Shown piece after piece: positions 12,700 through 24,547 of a stretch of DNA of 64,000 nt. This DNA comes from Elsinoe ampelina. Taxonomy: Eukaryota. Each line of letters begins with the position of its first letter. The stretch's first letter is position 1. The DNA is taken from the NCBI GenBank assembly GCA_010093995.1, contig ML992507.1, positions 1,361,868 to 1,425,867 on the forward strand, read 5' to 3'. The notes under the pieces are model-generated. The model worked only from the letters and a program-made list of their open reading frames with translations. It was not told where the DNA came from and made no database searches. Both the position numbers and the translations under genes were made by a program.

Positions 12700-14003
12700 A
12701 TGACCGCCGACAACGACGACGCGGGCCCCGACCACAGTCCACCATCTCTGCCGACGGGCTGGTATGCTGCATTCTCTTCCCAGCCTGACATTCCTCGCTG
12801 ACCGCCTTCTCTCTGCAGGATCGCCCAATTCGACGCAAAGTAAGACACCTTCGCTACACATGCGCCCGTGGCGTCACGACCGCTAACGTCTCGATCAGCT
12901 CGCGCAAGTACTATTTCGTCCAGATCAGCACAGGTGTCTCGACTTGGGAAGTACCCACTACTCCAGCGCCTACAGTACCCACACCCGGTTCGACGCCAGC
13001 ACAACCGACGAATCCGTATCCAATGCCTGAAGGTCACAGCCCCGGTCCAGGTCAAGAGGGGACAAGAGGTGGTGGAGAGGGAGAGCGCGGGTTCGGCGTG
13101 AGTAGCGACTGAGGACATTTTGAGGGAGCACAACTGACGGCGACGAACAGAACATGGCCATGAATGCTCTTCTCAGCGGTGGTAACAAGCCCCAACACGG
13201 CCAGCAGTCTCACAGCCAAGGTGGCCTCGGTGGGATCGCCTCGTCACTCCTCGGAGGAGGAAAGCAGAGCGGCGGTCATGGAGGCAGTGGTGGCGGCAGC
13301 GGTAAGCTAGTCGGCCAGCTCGCCAACAGTCTGCTGGGAGGAGGCAAGCAAAGCCACGGAGGGTCTTCGTCAGGCGGCCACTCATCAGGAGGAGGCATGG
13401 GCGGCATGATTGGCGGACTGCTTGGAGGCCACGGATCGGTATGAGCAAGAGCACGCTTTCAGACAGATAATAAGCTGACCAGTCTAGTCCAACAACCAGA
13501 ACAACTACGGCTACAGCCACAATCAATCCCACAACAGCGGCACCTACAACGCCCCACCGCCCGCCAGCTCCTACCAACAAGCCGCCCAGCCCGCCACAGC
13601 AGGCAGCAACAACTACGGCGGCAACTCTCACCAGAACCCTCCCTACGGCGGGCAGCCACAGCACAACCAAAGCTACGGCGGTCCACCACAGCATGACCAG
13701 CACAACCAGCACGGCTACGGCGGCGGCTACCAATCCCCTCCCCACCAACAGTCCGGCTACGGCCACCACGACCAGCACGGCCAGCAACAAGGCGGCTACC
13801 AGAACTTCCCTCCGCCACCGCAGCAGGGACAGCATGATGGCGGTCATTACGGCCAGCAACCACCCTACAACGGCGGCCAGTACGGCCAGCAGCAAGGCGG
13901 GTATGGCCAGCAAGGACCGGGTGGTTATCCAGGACAGCAGTATGGAGGGCAAGGACAAGGAGGGCAGGGCTACGGAGGGGCGCCGGCGCCGCAGTGGAGA
14001 TAG
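12700..14003 (+). CDS. WW-domain protein with long Gly/Gln/His/Tyr-rich low-complexity tail; 5 exons
   Basis: Spliced N-terminus LPTGWIAQFDANSRKYYFVQISTGVSTWEVP (WW domain). Introns 12762-12818, 12840-12898, 13098-13150 and 13439-13487. The last exon is open to TAG at 14001-14003 (...APAPQWR). Confidence 0.8.
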
Positions 14004-14766
14004 AACCTATACGTTGCTATCGTGATACTACTGCGACGGGAGTCTTCATATACCCATTGAGTCTACCCTGTTCCGCTTCCGCTGGTTTGAAGATGGCCTT
14101 GTTGGTTGCGGCAGGCCCGAGAGAGTTCTGCGAGCTGGGAATGTGTCTCGATTATGTGATCAGAATGCTACGACGAGAGATGTAGGGAAGCGCGATTTGG
14201 AAGGATTTCTTTCGCGTAGATACCTCATGGGCGCGCGTGCTTTGTTTCGCGGGGATGATCGAATGAAAAGCTATTACTCCAAGCTGCCGATACCAAACAG
14301 AAGCGCTTTGCAATGACGGGGAACCATACCAAGGGGGTGCATGAGCTCCGACTCGGTGGTGCACCGAGGTAGGGGAGCATAGTCCTGTTGACGGGACACC
14401 TACCAGCGATCACCACCAGAAAGCTCACAGCTGGCGGGGCAACAATGTGCAAGATCCATTATGAACCATGGAGCCGAACTACTTCGAGCTGACAGTCAGC
14501 CGCCTTGCCAGCCTGGGGTGACCAAGGTCGATGGCGCATCAAAGTCACGTGATTGTCTTGAAAATGGAGGTGTTGTGATAATGTTTAAGCTAAGTGTCCT
14601 ATGTATATGAATGCTGTTAGGCTAGTGAGTACATTTACTTTACGCATGTCCCTGTCCGCGTAGTCAGGGAGATTCGCCTCTCCTTGACTCCGCTCAACCT
14701 GTATACTTGTCAAATCATTTCCGTATTCAAGTCACGTCCAACCCCACCTGATCTCTTTGCGTAGCC

Positions 14767-15700
14767 ATGCCCGTGACATGCAATGGCATCAAAATCGTGC
14801 TGCTCGACATAGGTAGTCTTGCCCGCTCCCACGAACGTCAACATCAGAATCTACAGCTCACGGGAAATAGAGGGCACCATCTGCTCCATCTCTTTTGTCA
14901 AAGACACACTCGTACGTCCCTTGCCCCATCCCTCTTACAGATCCAGACTACACATCTTCGAGCGGTAGCCTGACCATCCGCTAGTTCCCCTACGCCATCT
15001 CCGCCCTCCCCTCGGTGCTCGCGCAAAAATGGCACGACCCCGAATTCAAGTCGTACCGTGACGCCTTTCCCTCAGAAGCGCAGACGAGTCCTGAGGCATT
15101 CGAAGCACATGTCAGAGACCTGATGGCGAGGGACGTCAAGGTGGCGTATCTGAAGAATCTGCAAGGTATTCTCACGCACGCAGGCATGGATAAGCAGGAG
15201 GCAGGCTTGCTGATCATCTGGTAGGATATCTCTGGAAAGACGGCTACAGGAACAAAGTCTATGCTACATCACTTTTTCCGGACGTGGTGCCACGGCTCAA
15301 AGCCTGGCGGGATGCAGGGCTTGGGTTGGCGATTTTCTCGTCTGGGAGTGTGTTTGCGCAGAAGTTGTTGTTTGAGCATGTCAAGCGGGACGATGGAGGG
15401 GGAGAGCATGAGTCGGTGGATCTGAGGGGGTTGGTCAGGGGATGGTATGATACTGTGAATGCAGGGGGGAAGATGGAGGCGGGCAGCTATGGGAAGATCG
15501 CGAGGGAGTTGCAGGCGAGGCCGGGTGAGGTGTTGTTCTTGAGTGATAATGTCAAGGAGGTTGCGGCAGCGTTGGGAGCAGGGATGAAGGCTGTGGTGGT
15601 GGATAGGCCTGGGAATGCGCCTTTGACGGAGGACGATCGGGGCAAGTTTGAGGTCATTACGTCGTTAGAAGCGGTGGATATACAGGCTGGAGGAGATTGA
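14767..15700 (+). CDS. UTR4: Enolase-phosphatase E1 (methionine salvage, HAD family); 4 exons
   Basis: VLLDIEGTICSISFVKDTLFPYA after splicing, DVKVAYLKNLQGYLW, IFSSGSVFAQKLLF, LFLSDNVKEV and RPGNAPL. Introns 14813-14870, 14912-14984 and 15166-15224. Confidence 0.93.
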
Positions 15701-15708
15701 GAAGGGTG

Positions 15709-16460
15709 TTATTCTGGTCGGCATGCAATGGCCCACCAGTTGTCCTTCTCGTATCCGGCCTCGAGTACCTTGCCTCCAGCAGCTTCAATGTTGGACTCGA
15801 GCTCACCCTTGCGATAGAGGTGGTAGTACCTGTGGAAAGTCTTGTCCTGCTGGCCCGGCTCGTCTCCTTTCTGCTTCTTGCCTTTCATTACCCATGGTAC
15901 CATGACATCTTGCTCGTGTCCCTCGTCCCATCCTCGCCTGCTGTCCTTCTGCTCGAGTGCCCAGACGTAGATCAAGGCTTTGCCACCTTGCTTCGTCAAA
16001 GTGGTGGGTCTAAGGACATCGAGAATCTCTTTGACAGCCTCCACTCTTCGTTCTGGCGTCGAGAGATGATGTACGACCGCGATAGAGATGGCAAAGTCGA
16101 ACTTTCCAGGTTGATGTGGTACTGCTAGAGCGTCTGCCACCACGGCATCGTGCCTCTGATGCGTTCTCGCGATAGCGGTCAGGTTAATGGACCGATCAGA
16201 CCCGATGAGAAAGACGTCTGAGTTCACGGCAAGATATTTGCCGTTTCCACAGCCAATATCAACGCCGACAGCGCCTGGTGTGAGGTTTTTGAGAAACCGT
16301 TCAATGATCGGCCATGGCTTGGCCTAGTCAGCTCATGACGGCAGATTCAGCGGGACGATCGCACCTTGTATCGGGTGGAGGAGAAATGAGAGGCTATCTG
16401 TTCATAGACGGAATGGACATGCTCCTCCTCATATGTCTCCGATTTGACACCGCCCGGCAT
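15709..16460 (-). CDS. TRM9: tRNA wobble-uridine carboxymethyl methyltransferase; 2 exons (intron 16318-16364)
   Basis: [55 protein letters not shown] and RYYHLY...GYEKDNWW. Confidence 0.92.
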
Positions 16461-17028
16461 GTGTTGTGGTTGTCAGAGATCAAATGGCGGCTAGCGGGAT
16501 AGAGTTTGATGTGGAAAATCTCAAGACCTCACTTTACTTCCTCGATTCCAGACCACTTTCGCCGCAGCACTCATAATACAACTTTCGCAACTCGCAGGCT
16601 CATTGTCGAGTCAGAGAGCTGGACTCAAGGACTTCAGAGCAATAGTGTCTACTGCCGACTCCTGGAGAGCGGAACCTCACATTTCACACCAGCCCGACCA
16701 TGCAAGAAGCTGAGAGACAATATCTGTCTTTAGGAGGCTTCCCAGCCCCCGTCCAATCTTTTATTCTCGTCTATTGTCACAGTATAGACACGCGATTCCC
16801 GCACATCTGACGTGGCTGGCGTTTGCTGTACTTGCCGAATAGCAAACTCTCACAACAATCGACTTCACAATGGAGCAATTGTGGAAAGAATGGCCTGAGA
16901 GGCCACAGAAGCTTCGTCAAAGGAGAAGGATACTCCTCCAATCTCTCAAAAGATTCATGAACTCTTCTTGTTTGCTCTGCAGTAATCGCTCCTACTACAC
17001 CCTCATACGCCACTTCAGAGCATACCTC

Positions 17029-18472
17029 ATGGCCATCACACGATCACAGAATGGCAAACTGCCAGCAAAGAAGATCCTTTACGACGAGCAGTTCCCGACG
17101 CATCTGCGTCGTCAAAGACCTCTCCAGACCCGGAAGAAAGGTACAGATACTTGGCCAGCAGCTCACATCGATCATTTGCTGACTGTGGTATCAGAAAAAG
17201 TGGCCAAAAGGTCACGTGTGGCCACCTCGTCTGCACCTCCCGCGCCCGCTTCTGCTCCTCCCCGAGCGGCGCCCGTCGCGGCCCTCCCTGCGGCCCTCCC
17301 TGCGGCTCCCTTTGTGGCTCCCTCTGCGGCACCCCCTGCGGCACCTTCCTCGGCTCTGTCGAGGGCAGCCAGGGCGACGAATCCTGTGGCTGCAGGCACG
17401 GCAACCTCTGGTAGTACCAGGCAGGCATCTGGGGTGGCGAGGCGGGCTCCTCGAGCCACAGCACCATCTGTGGCAGGAGCCTGGCCTCCCACTCTGGGGA
17501 GACCCCGGGCAAGGGGCATGGTCAACCCCTCCCAATGGTGCTACCGGAGGTCCGTACTCCAGTCGCTGTTTTCGACGCCGCAATTCTTCAATGTCCTCGA
17601 CAGCCATGTCCAGGGGAGGTGCCCAGGTGGCAACTGCGTAACCTGCGCACTGAGGACAGCGATCCGTGACTATCACAGTGGCATGCCGACAATGAGGAAT
17701 CAGATCATGCGACTCGACCAGACCATCGCCAGGACCGGGAGACAGAGCTCTGGCTGGACTCGAAATCGACAGACTCAGGAGGATGCTCACGACTTTCATG
17801 CATATCTTGTCAGGACCGTGGAAGAAGCTCGCTGTACAACGTGAGTTACTACCAGGCTACCACTATGCTGTTAGTACCTCTCATGCTTACACTACCAGGT
17901 CGGCGCAAATTCAAGCTGGATTCCAAATTGCTCATCAAGCGAGCTGGACATGCCAACGTTGCGGAAGAATCTCTACCTCTACCGACCCTCCTTCTGGTAG
18001 TATCAGCGTGCCGATCAACCCGAGAAACGGCACAGCCACCATACAGAGCTGCCTTGATACGTATCATACAGAAAATGGCCTTCAAATCCGCTGCGACGGC
18101 TGCCGCTCCAACATCGACAGACGCCGTATCAAGAAGATCCGCATCCTTCCCGAAGTGCTCAACCTTCACCTTCTTCGCTTCGCATGGACTCCACGCGGAC
18201 AGTCAGTCAAGCTCAAGGACAATGTCCACATACCAGACGAGCTCGATATCAGCCGCTGGGCAGTGCAAGGATCGACCAGGACAAAGTACAGGCTACACTC
18301 GATGGTGCTGCATGCCGGAGGACTGAATTCGGGTCACTACATCGCTCGAGCGAGAGATGGCAACAGGGTGACGGAGTTCGACGATACCTTGACATCGTCG
18401 GTGCAAGGAGGGATGCTGGCGGACCTTGGCAGCTTCACACCGTACATAGTGTCGTACGTTAGACAGCCTTGA
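17029..18472 (+). CDS. Ubiquitin-specific protease (peptidase C19), divergent; 2 exons (intron 17841-17898)
   Basis: Cys box GMVNPSQWCYRRSVLQSL, QEDAHDF, CxxC pairs, LPEVLNLHLLRF, and His box HAGGLNSGHY...FDD. The start codon is uncertain. Confidence 0.8.
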
Positions 18473-18594
18473 GAGCAATGACGACAGAGACCAAGAGTGG
18501 CGCACAGTCACCATATACCAAATAACCACAGCATGAATCGAAGATTTTGGTATTGTACAATGTCTTTTGCATTCGCTTTCTATGTGCCAGCCCT

Positions 18595-19214
18595 CTACTG
18601 GTGAGCGAATATCTGCCTTCGCTTCTCATGCACAGGAACCTCATTTGCTGGCGTTCCCGGAATGACTTTCTCCAAGTTCTGAAGCAAGTCAGCAGCATTC
18701 GCAGGACCACGATAGCACCAAGACCTACCAGCTTCTCAAAAACACACTTATTCAACGGCCTCTCCACCTTCCGACATTGCCACAATTGCTGGTTGTTGTT
18801 CTCCAGACATTGCCAATGCGCCCTGAACTCTGCCAGACAATTCGTCCTTACATCATCCAATCTGCCCGTCCATTAGCTGGTTGCCCCAAGGACCTGCCCG
18901 GAATATACATACACGCTCGCAGCGCATCTTGTGACCTTCCTCCCTTCCCGCAAGCAGTCCAGCTCTCCCGTACCACCTGCCTCTGTCTTGCACTTCATGT
19001 AGTCGTCATTGTAAGGTTTGCATCTCGCTCCGATGAAGAAGCTAGCACTGAGTAGTGGGGCGGAGGAGGCACCGATCTCTTCTACCCTTGGGATGCTGTC
19101 GGGAAGAGGTGTCGTGTCGATGAGGACTTTTTGGTTGAAGCTGCGGGCTAATTAGGGACTTCATTGGCAGTCAAACAGTTTCAAGAAGGCTCACCGTGGC
19201 TGTGAGGCTGCCAT
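18595..19214 (-). CDS. NDUFA8: NADH:ubiquinone oxidoreductase 20.8 kDa subunit (NDUFA8, twin CX9C); 4 exons
   Basis: Spliced RFNQKVLIDTTPLPDSIPRVEEIGASSAPLLSASFFIGARCKPYNDDYMKCK...CLREGRKVTRCAASV...CLAEFRAHWQCLENNNQQLWQCR. Confidence 0.92.
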
Positions 19215-19445
19215 CTTGCTTGTGTGCCGCTCAATGCGTGGTGGTGTTGGAGAGAGACTTCGAGGTGTGGTCGCGGGAATCAATCCGTCTTGCCGGCTTC
19301 TGATTGGTCAATTGAGCTTCGCGCGTGAAACTTGCAGTTGCTGTCGAGGTGCACTTCACAACTTTGTCTTGTCACTCACGACCTCGACCTTCGTGAACGC
19401 CATTCCTGAATTCTTCTCGCGTCGAAGCCGTGGCTGGTCTTCGCG

Positions 19446-20753
19446 ATGTCGCTCTTCGGCAATACCCAGACCCAGCAGCAGGGTTCATCCCTGTTCGGCA
19501 ACTCCACGGCAGGTCAAAATAAGCCTCTTTTCGGAGCCAGTACGACACAGCAGACCGCGCAACCTCAGCAGACTTCCTCGCTATTCGGGAACCTGGGACA
19601 GCAGAACAACCAGCAAGGCCAGCAGCAGCAAGCTGGAAGTTCACTCTTTGGTCAGAAGCCAGCAGGCACTACCAGCCTCTTTGGTCAATCTCAGCAACAG
19701 CAACAACCCCAGCAGCAGACCGGGCAGCAGAGCCTCTTTGGCGGTCTCGGAGCAAGCACGCAAGGTGCCAACACCTATGGCGCCTCGATTCTGGGGAACA
19801 GCACGTCGCCGGCGCAGCAATTAATGGCGCAAAGTCAAATAGCTTCAAAGCTGGCGGAGACTATGAAGCCGCGTGAGTACCTTCACCTTGAAATCACGTG
19901 CTCTTCGCCAGGGACATGATATGAGCTCGACCGTATACTGACCAGCACCAGGTGAAAAGTCCATCCCCGAGCAGATGGAGCTCATCTTGCGTCGCTGGTC
20001 GCCCCAATCACCACAATGCCAGATGCAAGCCTACTTCTACAATTCTGTCCCTCCCGGAACCGCACCCTTCTGGAAGCCCGGCCCCAACGACGACGAGCAG
20101 AAATGGGAAGAGGCACTTTCCAAGAAGCCAGATGAGAACAGCGTCCCTGTTCTGGCGCGTGGGTTCATGGAGCTTGGAGTACGTTTGCGCATGCAGGTCG
20201 AAGCTGTCCAGCAGCTTCAAGTGAGGTTGCATGAGATGAACAACAGTCTGGAGGCGATGATGCAAAATCACGAATTGAAGCTGAGCGTGAGGGCTGCAGA
20301 GGCTCGGAGGAAGCACATTGCTCTCAGCCAAAAGTGTCTGGCGCTCGCGATCAAGGTGCAAGTCCTCAGAAGCAGGGGATTCGTCATGGATGGTGCAGAA
20401 GAGGAACTGCGGAGGAAGCTGGAGGGACTTGAGAGGAAAGTGTTTGATCCTGGTTTCTCAGGGCGCGAGGAGGAGATCTGGGCGAGAATGGTCGGCTTGA
20501 GGCAGAGGATTGAGGCACTTCAGAGGGAGGGCGAGAGGGTGGGTAGACAGGTTGAGGAGAGCAAGGGAGGGTTGAGTGAGCCGATATTGGCGCAGGTCAA
20601 GAAGGTACGTGGTGTATCGTTGAAGCAATGTGCAGCGCTGACCCCCGACAGATCCTGAGCGACTACGATGTGCAGATCTCGCATCTCAAGAAGGAGCTTG
20701 GCCTGGTTCAGCAGGAGTACAAGGAATGGGAGTCTTCGCAGCATCCTGGCTGA
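19446..20753 (+). CDS. NUP57: FG-repeat nucleoporin, Nup54/Nup57/Nup44 family; 3 exons
   Basis: SLFG repeats followed by YFYN...WEEAL...PVLARGFMELGVR and coiled coil. Introns 19873-19951 and 20605-20651. Confidence 0.88.
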
Positions 20754-21143
20754 GACTAGGCGCGACATAGCAGCACAACCGAAACGTAGCAGTAGATATC
20801 TGCCGGGAGACAGAGCTCCAGCACCTACAGAGGCAATCTCACACTTCCGACGGGCCATAGCGACACCTTCGAAAGACCCAACCTTGTATAACCGGCACTT
20901 CGCCCCTTGAAAGCGCTATAGTTCCCCGTCTAGACACAATACCAACCACAAAGTTTACGAACCATGCGGTCGACTTTCAAGCCAGACTGGAGTTGCGCAT
21001 CACGAGAAAGTGTGGATGGTCTGGATTTACATGGCGCATGAGCGCACCGGACTGTAGTCTACCAGTCCAAATATCATACAGTATGTTCCGTGATGTCTCC
21101 TCGTTCTTTTGACCATCGGCCTGCCCCGGTCACCAATCCATGT

Positions 21144-21441
21144 TCATACAAGCTTCTTGACGTAGTCGATCGCGAAAGGTGCTTCAATGCTGTCAGTCAC
21201 TCGGTCGCGTTTCATGGCTTCAGGGTCCCTACAGAGATATAGCAGCACACAGGTGACTGCTGCGCCTGCGATGTTGGCGTTTGCGAACTTCTCCTGGGCC
21301 TGATGCTGTCAATCTCGTGCTCGTGACTTTGGTGTAGAAAGGTCTACCTCAAGCTCCGCCTTGCTGGGTGGTGGTGGTGCTATTTCCTGTCAGAAATCGT
21401 ACGCTGACGAGTGCTCAACATAACTCACGTCCTCCGAACAT
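21144..21441 (-). CDS. TOM5: Mitochondrial outer membrane translocase subunit Tom5 (49 aa); 4 exons
   Basis: Exons 21441-21429, 21379-21348, 21299-21233 and 21181-21144 give MFGGPPPPPSKAELEAQEKFANANIAGAAVTCVLLYLSPFAIDYVKKLV, with the MFGG start and LYLSPF TM motif. Confidence 0.9.
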
Positions 21442-21716
21442 CTTGAAAGCTATGAATCTGCTTTTATTGAAAAGTTGTGGTTTGCCAAAGAAAGCACATG
21501 TTGAGCTCTGAGATCATCCGCAAGTCGCGACAAATTTCGGCGGGAGTTGCCGTCCGCATTGAACGACGTGCAGAGTGAGCTCTATCCTTCTTTGTCACTC
21601 ACACCTCAACAACACGCAGAACTCCATCCTCAGAGGCTCTCAATATCTCGTGGCAGAGCTCATCACTAGTTCACGGGAAATATCAAAACCACCATCACCG
21701 CAATCGCACATCGACA

Positions 21717-23130
21717 ATGGAGGATCTCGAGGGCGCCAACAGCCCTCCCCTCAACGACAATGACATGCCAGAAGCTGGTCGCGACCCATCAGATCCCCTG
21801 CGCCCGGAAGTAGAGGAGGAGAATGCCGCAACCCCCCCGATGGCAAACCCGGATCTTGATGTGGAAGTCAACGAGGACGCTGATCAAGCTGGCCCAGTCA
21901 ACGACGATGATTCAGACGCTGGTGACTCTGATGTCCTGTCTGAGGTGGACGAAGCTCAATTCGAGGACTTTGACCCCAACGCGATTGCTATCGATGAGAG
22001 AAGAGTAGTGGACGCGAGCGATGTGGCCATGTTGGGGAAGCACAAGCGGAAGCGGGACGAGGGAGAGGAAGGGGGAAAGAAGAAGCGCAAGGAGGGCAGG
22101 AGGGAGAAGCCCAAGAAGAAGAGACGAGATAGTGATGAAGGTTTTGAGTTTGGTGCGACGGTCGAGGGAAGCAGGAGGAAGAAGGACAAGGGCGAGAGGA
22201 AGAAGCAGCGAAGTCCCAGCGTCGACAGGGACCAGTTCCTGACACCAGAAGAGCGTGAGTCTATACTACCGTGAGCTCCACTATCTGGCAACATGTTGAC
22301 CCTCTCCAGGCCGCAAGAAAGAGTTCAATCGCAAGCTCGACGAAGCCTTCAAGAAACCCAAAACCTCCCGTCGCCGCGCCGGCATCGACCTCGAAGCCAT
22401 GGCCGACACCGAGCTCGAAGACATGCGGCGCCGCATGGCAGAAGCCGCCCAAGCCGACACCATCGCCCGCGAAGCCAACAAACCAGCCATGCACAAACTC
22501 AAAATGCTTCCGGAAGTCGTCGCCCTGCTCAACCGCAACACACTCCAATCCGCCCTCGTCGACCCCGAGATCAACATCCTCGAATCAGTCCGCTTCTTCC
22601 TCGAACCTCTCAACGACGGTTCCCTTCCAGCCTACAACATCCAGCGCGAACTCTTCTCCTGCCTCGCCAAGCTTCCAATCAGCAAAGACGCTCTCGTCGC
22701 CTCCGGCATCGGCAAAGTCACCCATTTCTACACCCGCACCCCGCGCGCAGAAGCCAGCATCAAGCGCCAAGCCGAGCGTCTGGTGGGAGAGTGGACCCGG
22801 CCGATCCTGAAACGCAGCGACGACTTCCGCAAGCGCGAGTTCGTCGAGGCAGAGTATGATCCGGCGGTGGCGATGCGGGCGAGTCAGATGGCGAGTCAGT
22901 CCGGAGTGGGTGATCGGGAGGCGAAGAGGGCCGCTGCACGCAAGGCGGCGTTGGCGGTGCCGGGGACGCAGAATAGGGCGAGAGTCGAGGGTGGGGTGGG
23001 CACGTATACGATTGTGCCGAGGAGTGATATCACGAGGGTGCAGGGCGGAACGAAGAGGTTGGGGGCTAGTGGAGATGAGATGTTTAGGAAGTTGAAGGCG
23101 AGGCATGCAGGAAGGGGTGGTGGGAGGTAG
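21717..23130 (+). CDS. IWS1: Transcription elongation factor Iws1/Spn1 (TFIIS N-terminal domain); 2 exons (intron 22255-22309)
   Basis: Acidic/basic N-terminus, PAMHKLKMLPEV, FFLEPLNDGSLPAYNIQRELF, SGIGKV and WTRPILKRSDDF. Confidence 0.93.
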
Positions 23131-23712
23131 AGATCAGAAGGCATGAGAGATTGATGTTGGGCTGGTCGGGATGAGTCTGATGCATTCGTATGGTTGAAAT
23201 CGAAAATGGATCTGGGAGGTCAGAGTCTAGTATCGTGCCCAGGTAGGAGGTACTAGGTATGGGAACAGCAGCGTAGCATAGCATGGCAAATTGAACATCA
23301 CCAGACAAGGACTACTAGTAGTGAGTGACCACACCAGATAGGCACCGTGTAAATTGGCAGATCAAACACCAGGCAACAAGTCTTACCGTCAAGTCCTTCC
23401 ATCAGATACGGTCAATACATGCTGCTGGTGGGTAGGCCGCTTCTGGTAGGACAGCCAAGCATAGCAGTTGGAATACCTAGCTGCAAGTATCACCGTCAAG
23501 CACTGACGATACATGCTACTGACACGAACTACCAGCAAGTACCTCGATGCTGTGACGGCGAGCGTGACCTGCCCTCGGGGAACAGTTCCAACATCTACCA
23601 GCAACCACCTCACACCCAGTCACACAGAGGCTGCCATTGATCTCGAGCACGGCTGGCGAGCAGGCGAAGTGACACGATAATGGAGCCAGCTCGGGCGTTA
23701 GTGACACTACCA

Positions 23713-23748
23713 GCTCAGGGGTACATTGACGCTCAGGGGTACATTGAA
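23713..23748. repeat. 18-bp tandem duplication GCTCAGGGGTACATTGA(C/A)
   Basis: Two adjacent copies, directly visible in the sequence. Confidence 0.8.
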
Positions 23749-24547
23749 GCGTTGACTGCATGCTGGTAGGATCGTTAGAGGCAGTCCTATGTTAGAGTCC
23801 TCTTGCTCATTGCGTAGTGGACGGGCCTCGCAATTATTGTAACGATATCGCTGACCTGTGTCAGACATATCCGAATGCCAATTACGCCGCACTTGGTCGG
23901 CCCCCAGCAGCAGGATCAGTGTTTTGACCTAAGTGTAGTTTCATAGTCACTTTGCTTCCAACAGCCATCATATAATTACAAATTCCATTCTCACAGAACA
24001 GTGCTAGCCTTTCCTAGCAGCCGCCTACTGGTGAGGACCGCACGGCATGGCCCCACCGAGAGTCGTGCATGGTACAAGTAGTTCACTGGTTCGCCCACAA
24101 CCTAAGTACAAAACGCCTGTATTACTGTCGAGTGATCATGAGCAGGTAGACAAAATGCTCATTCGAAGTTGTAGCGACGAGAATCGATGAGGTCGGATCA
24201 CGTGTCTGCCGCTGCCCAACGTGTCCTGCAGACAATGCATCCTACATTTCGCATATCCCCCCATTGGGTAGCTCAACACTGGAAGGTCAAATCGGTCGAG
24301 GTATGTTGATTCGGCAGATTTGTGATTTCATGAGTAGTGTCAGCTAGTGCAGTGTTCTGCTGACTGTGTCAAGCGTCCCAGCTGGCATTGCGCTGACAGG
24401 GACTTGCTGATGTGCTTGAGCTCTCGAGGTCGATCAGTTCGAGCTGTCAAATATAAGTATCCAAGCACCTAGTCATTCTCATCATATTCAGTCGGATATC
24501 CGAGCTCCGTGCAGTACTCGGAGGCGTCAACAAAATTTTGACTTGCC

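Noticed and set aside
13173..13958. 261-aa hydrophobic minus-strand ORF resembling a membrane protein
   Set aside because: Antisense translation of the CAG/CAC/GGC-rich WW-protein exon.
23300..24450. Short ORFs between IWS1 and the SDR gene
   Set aside because: No recognisable motif or convincing splice model.
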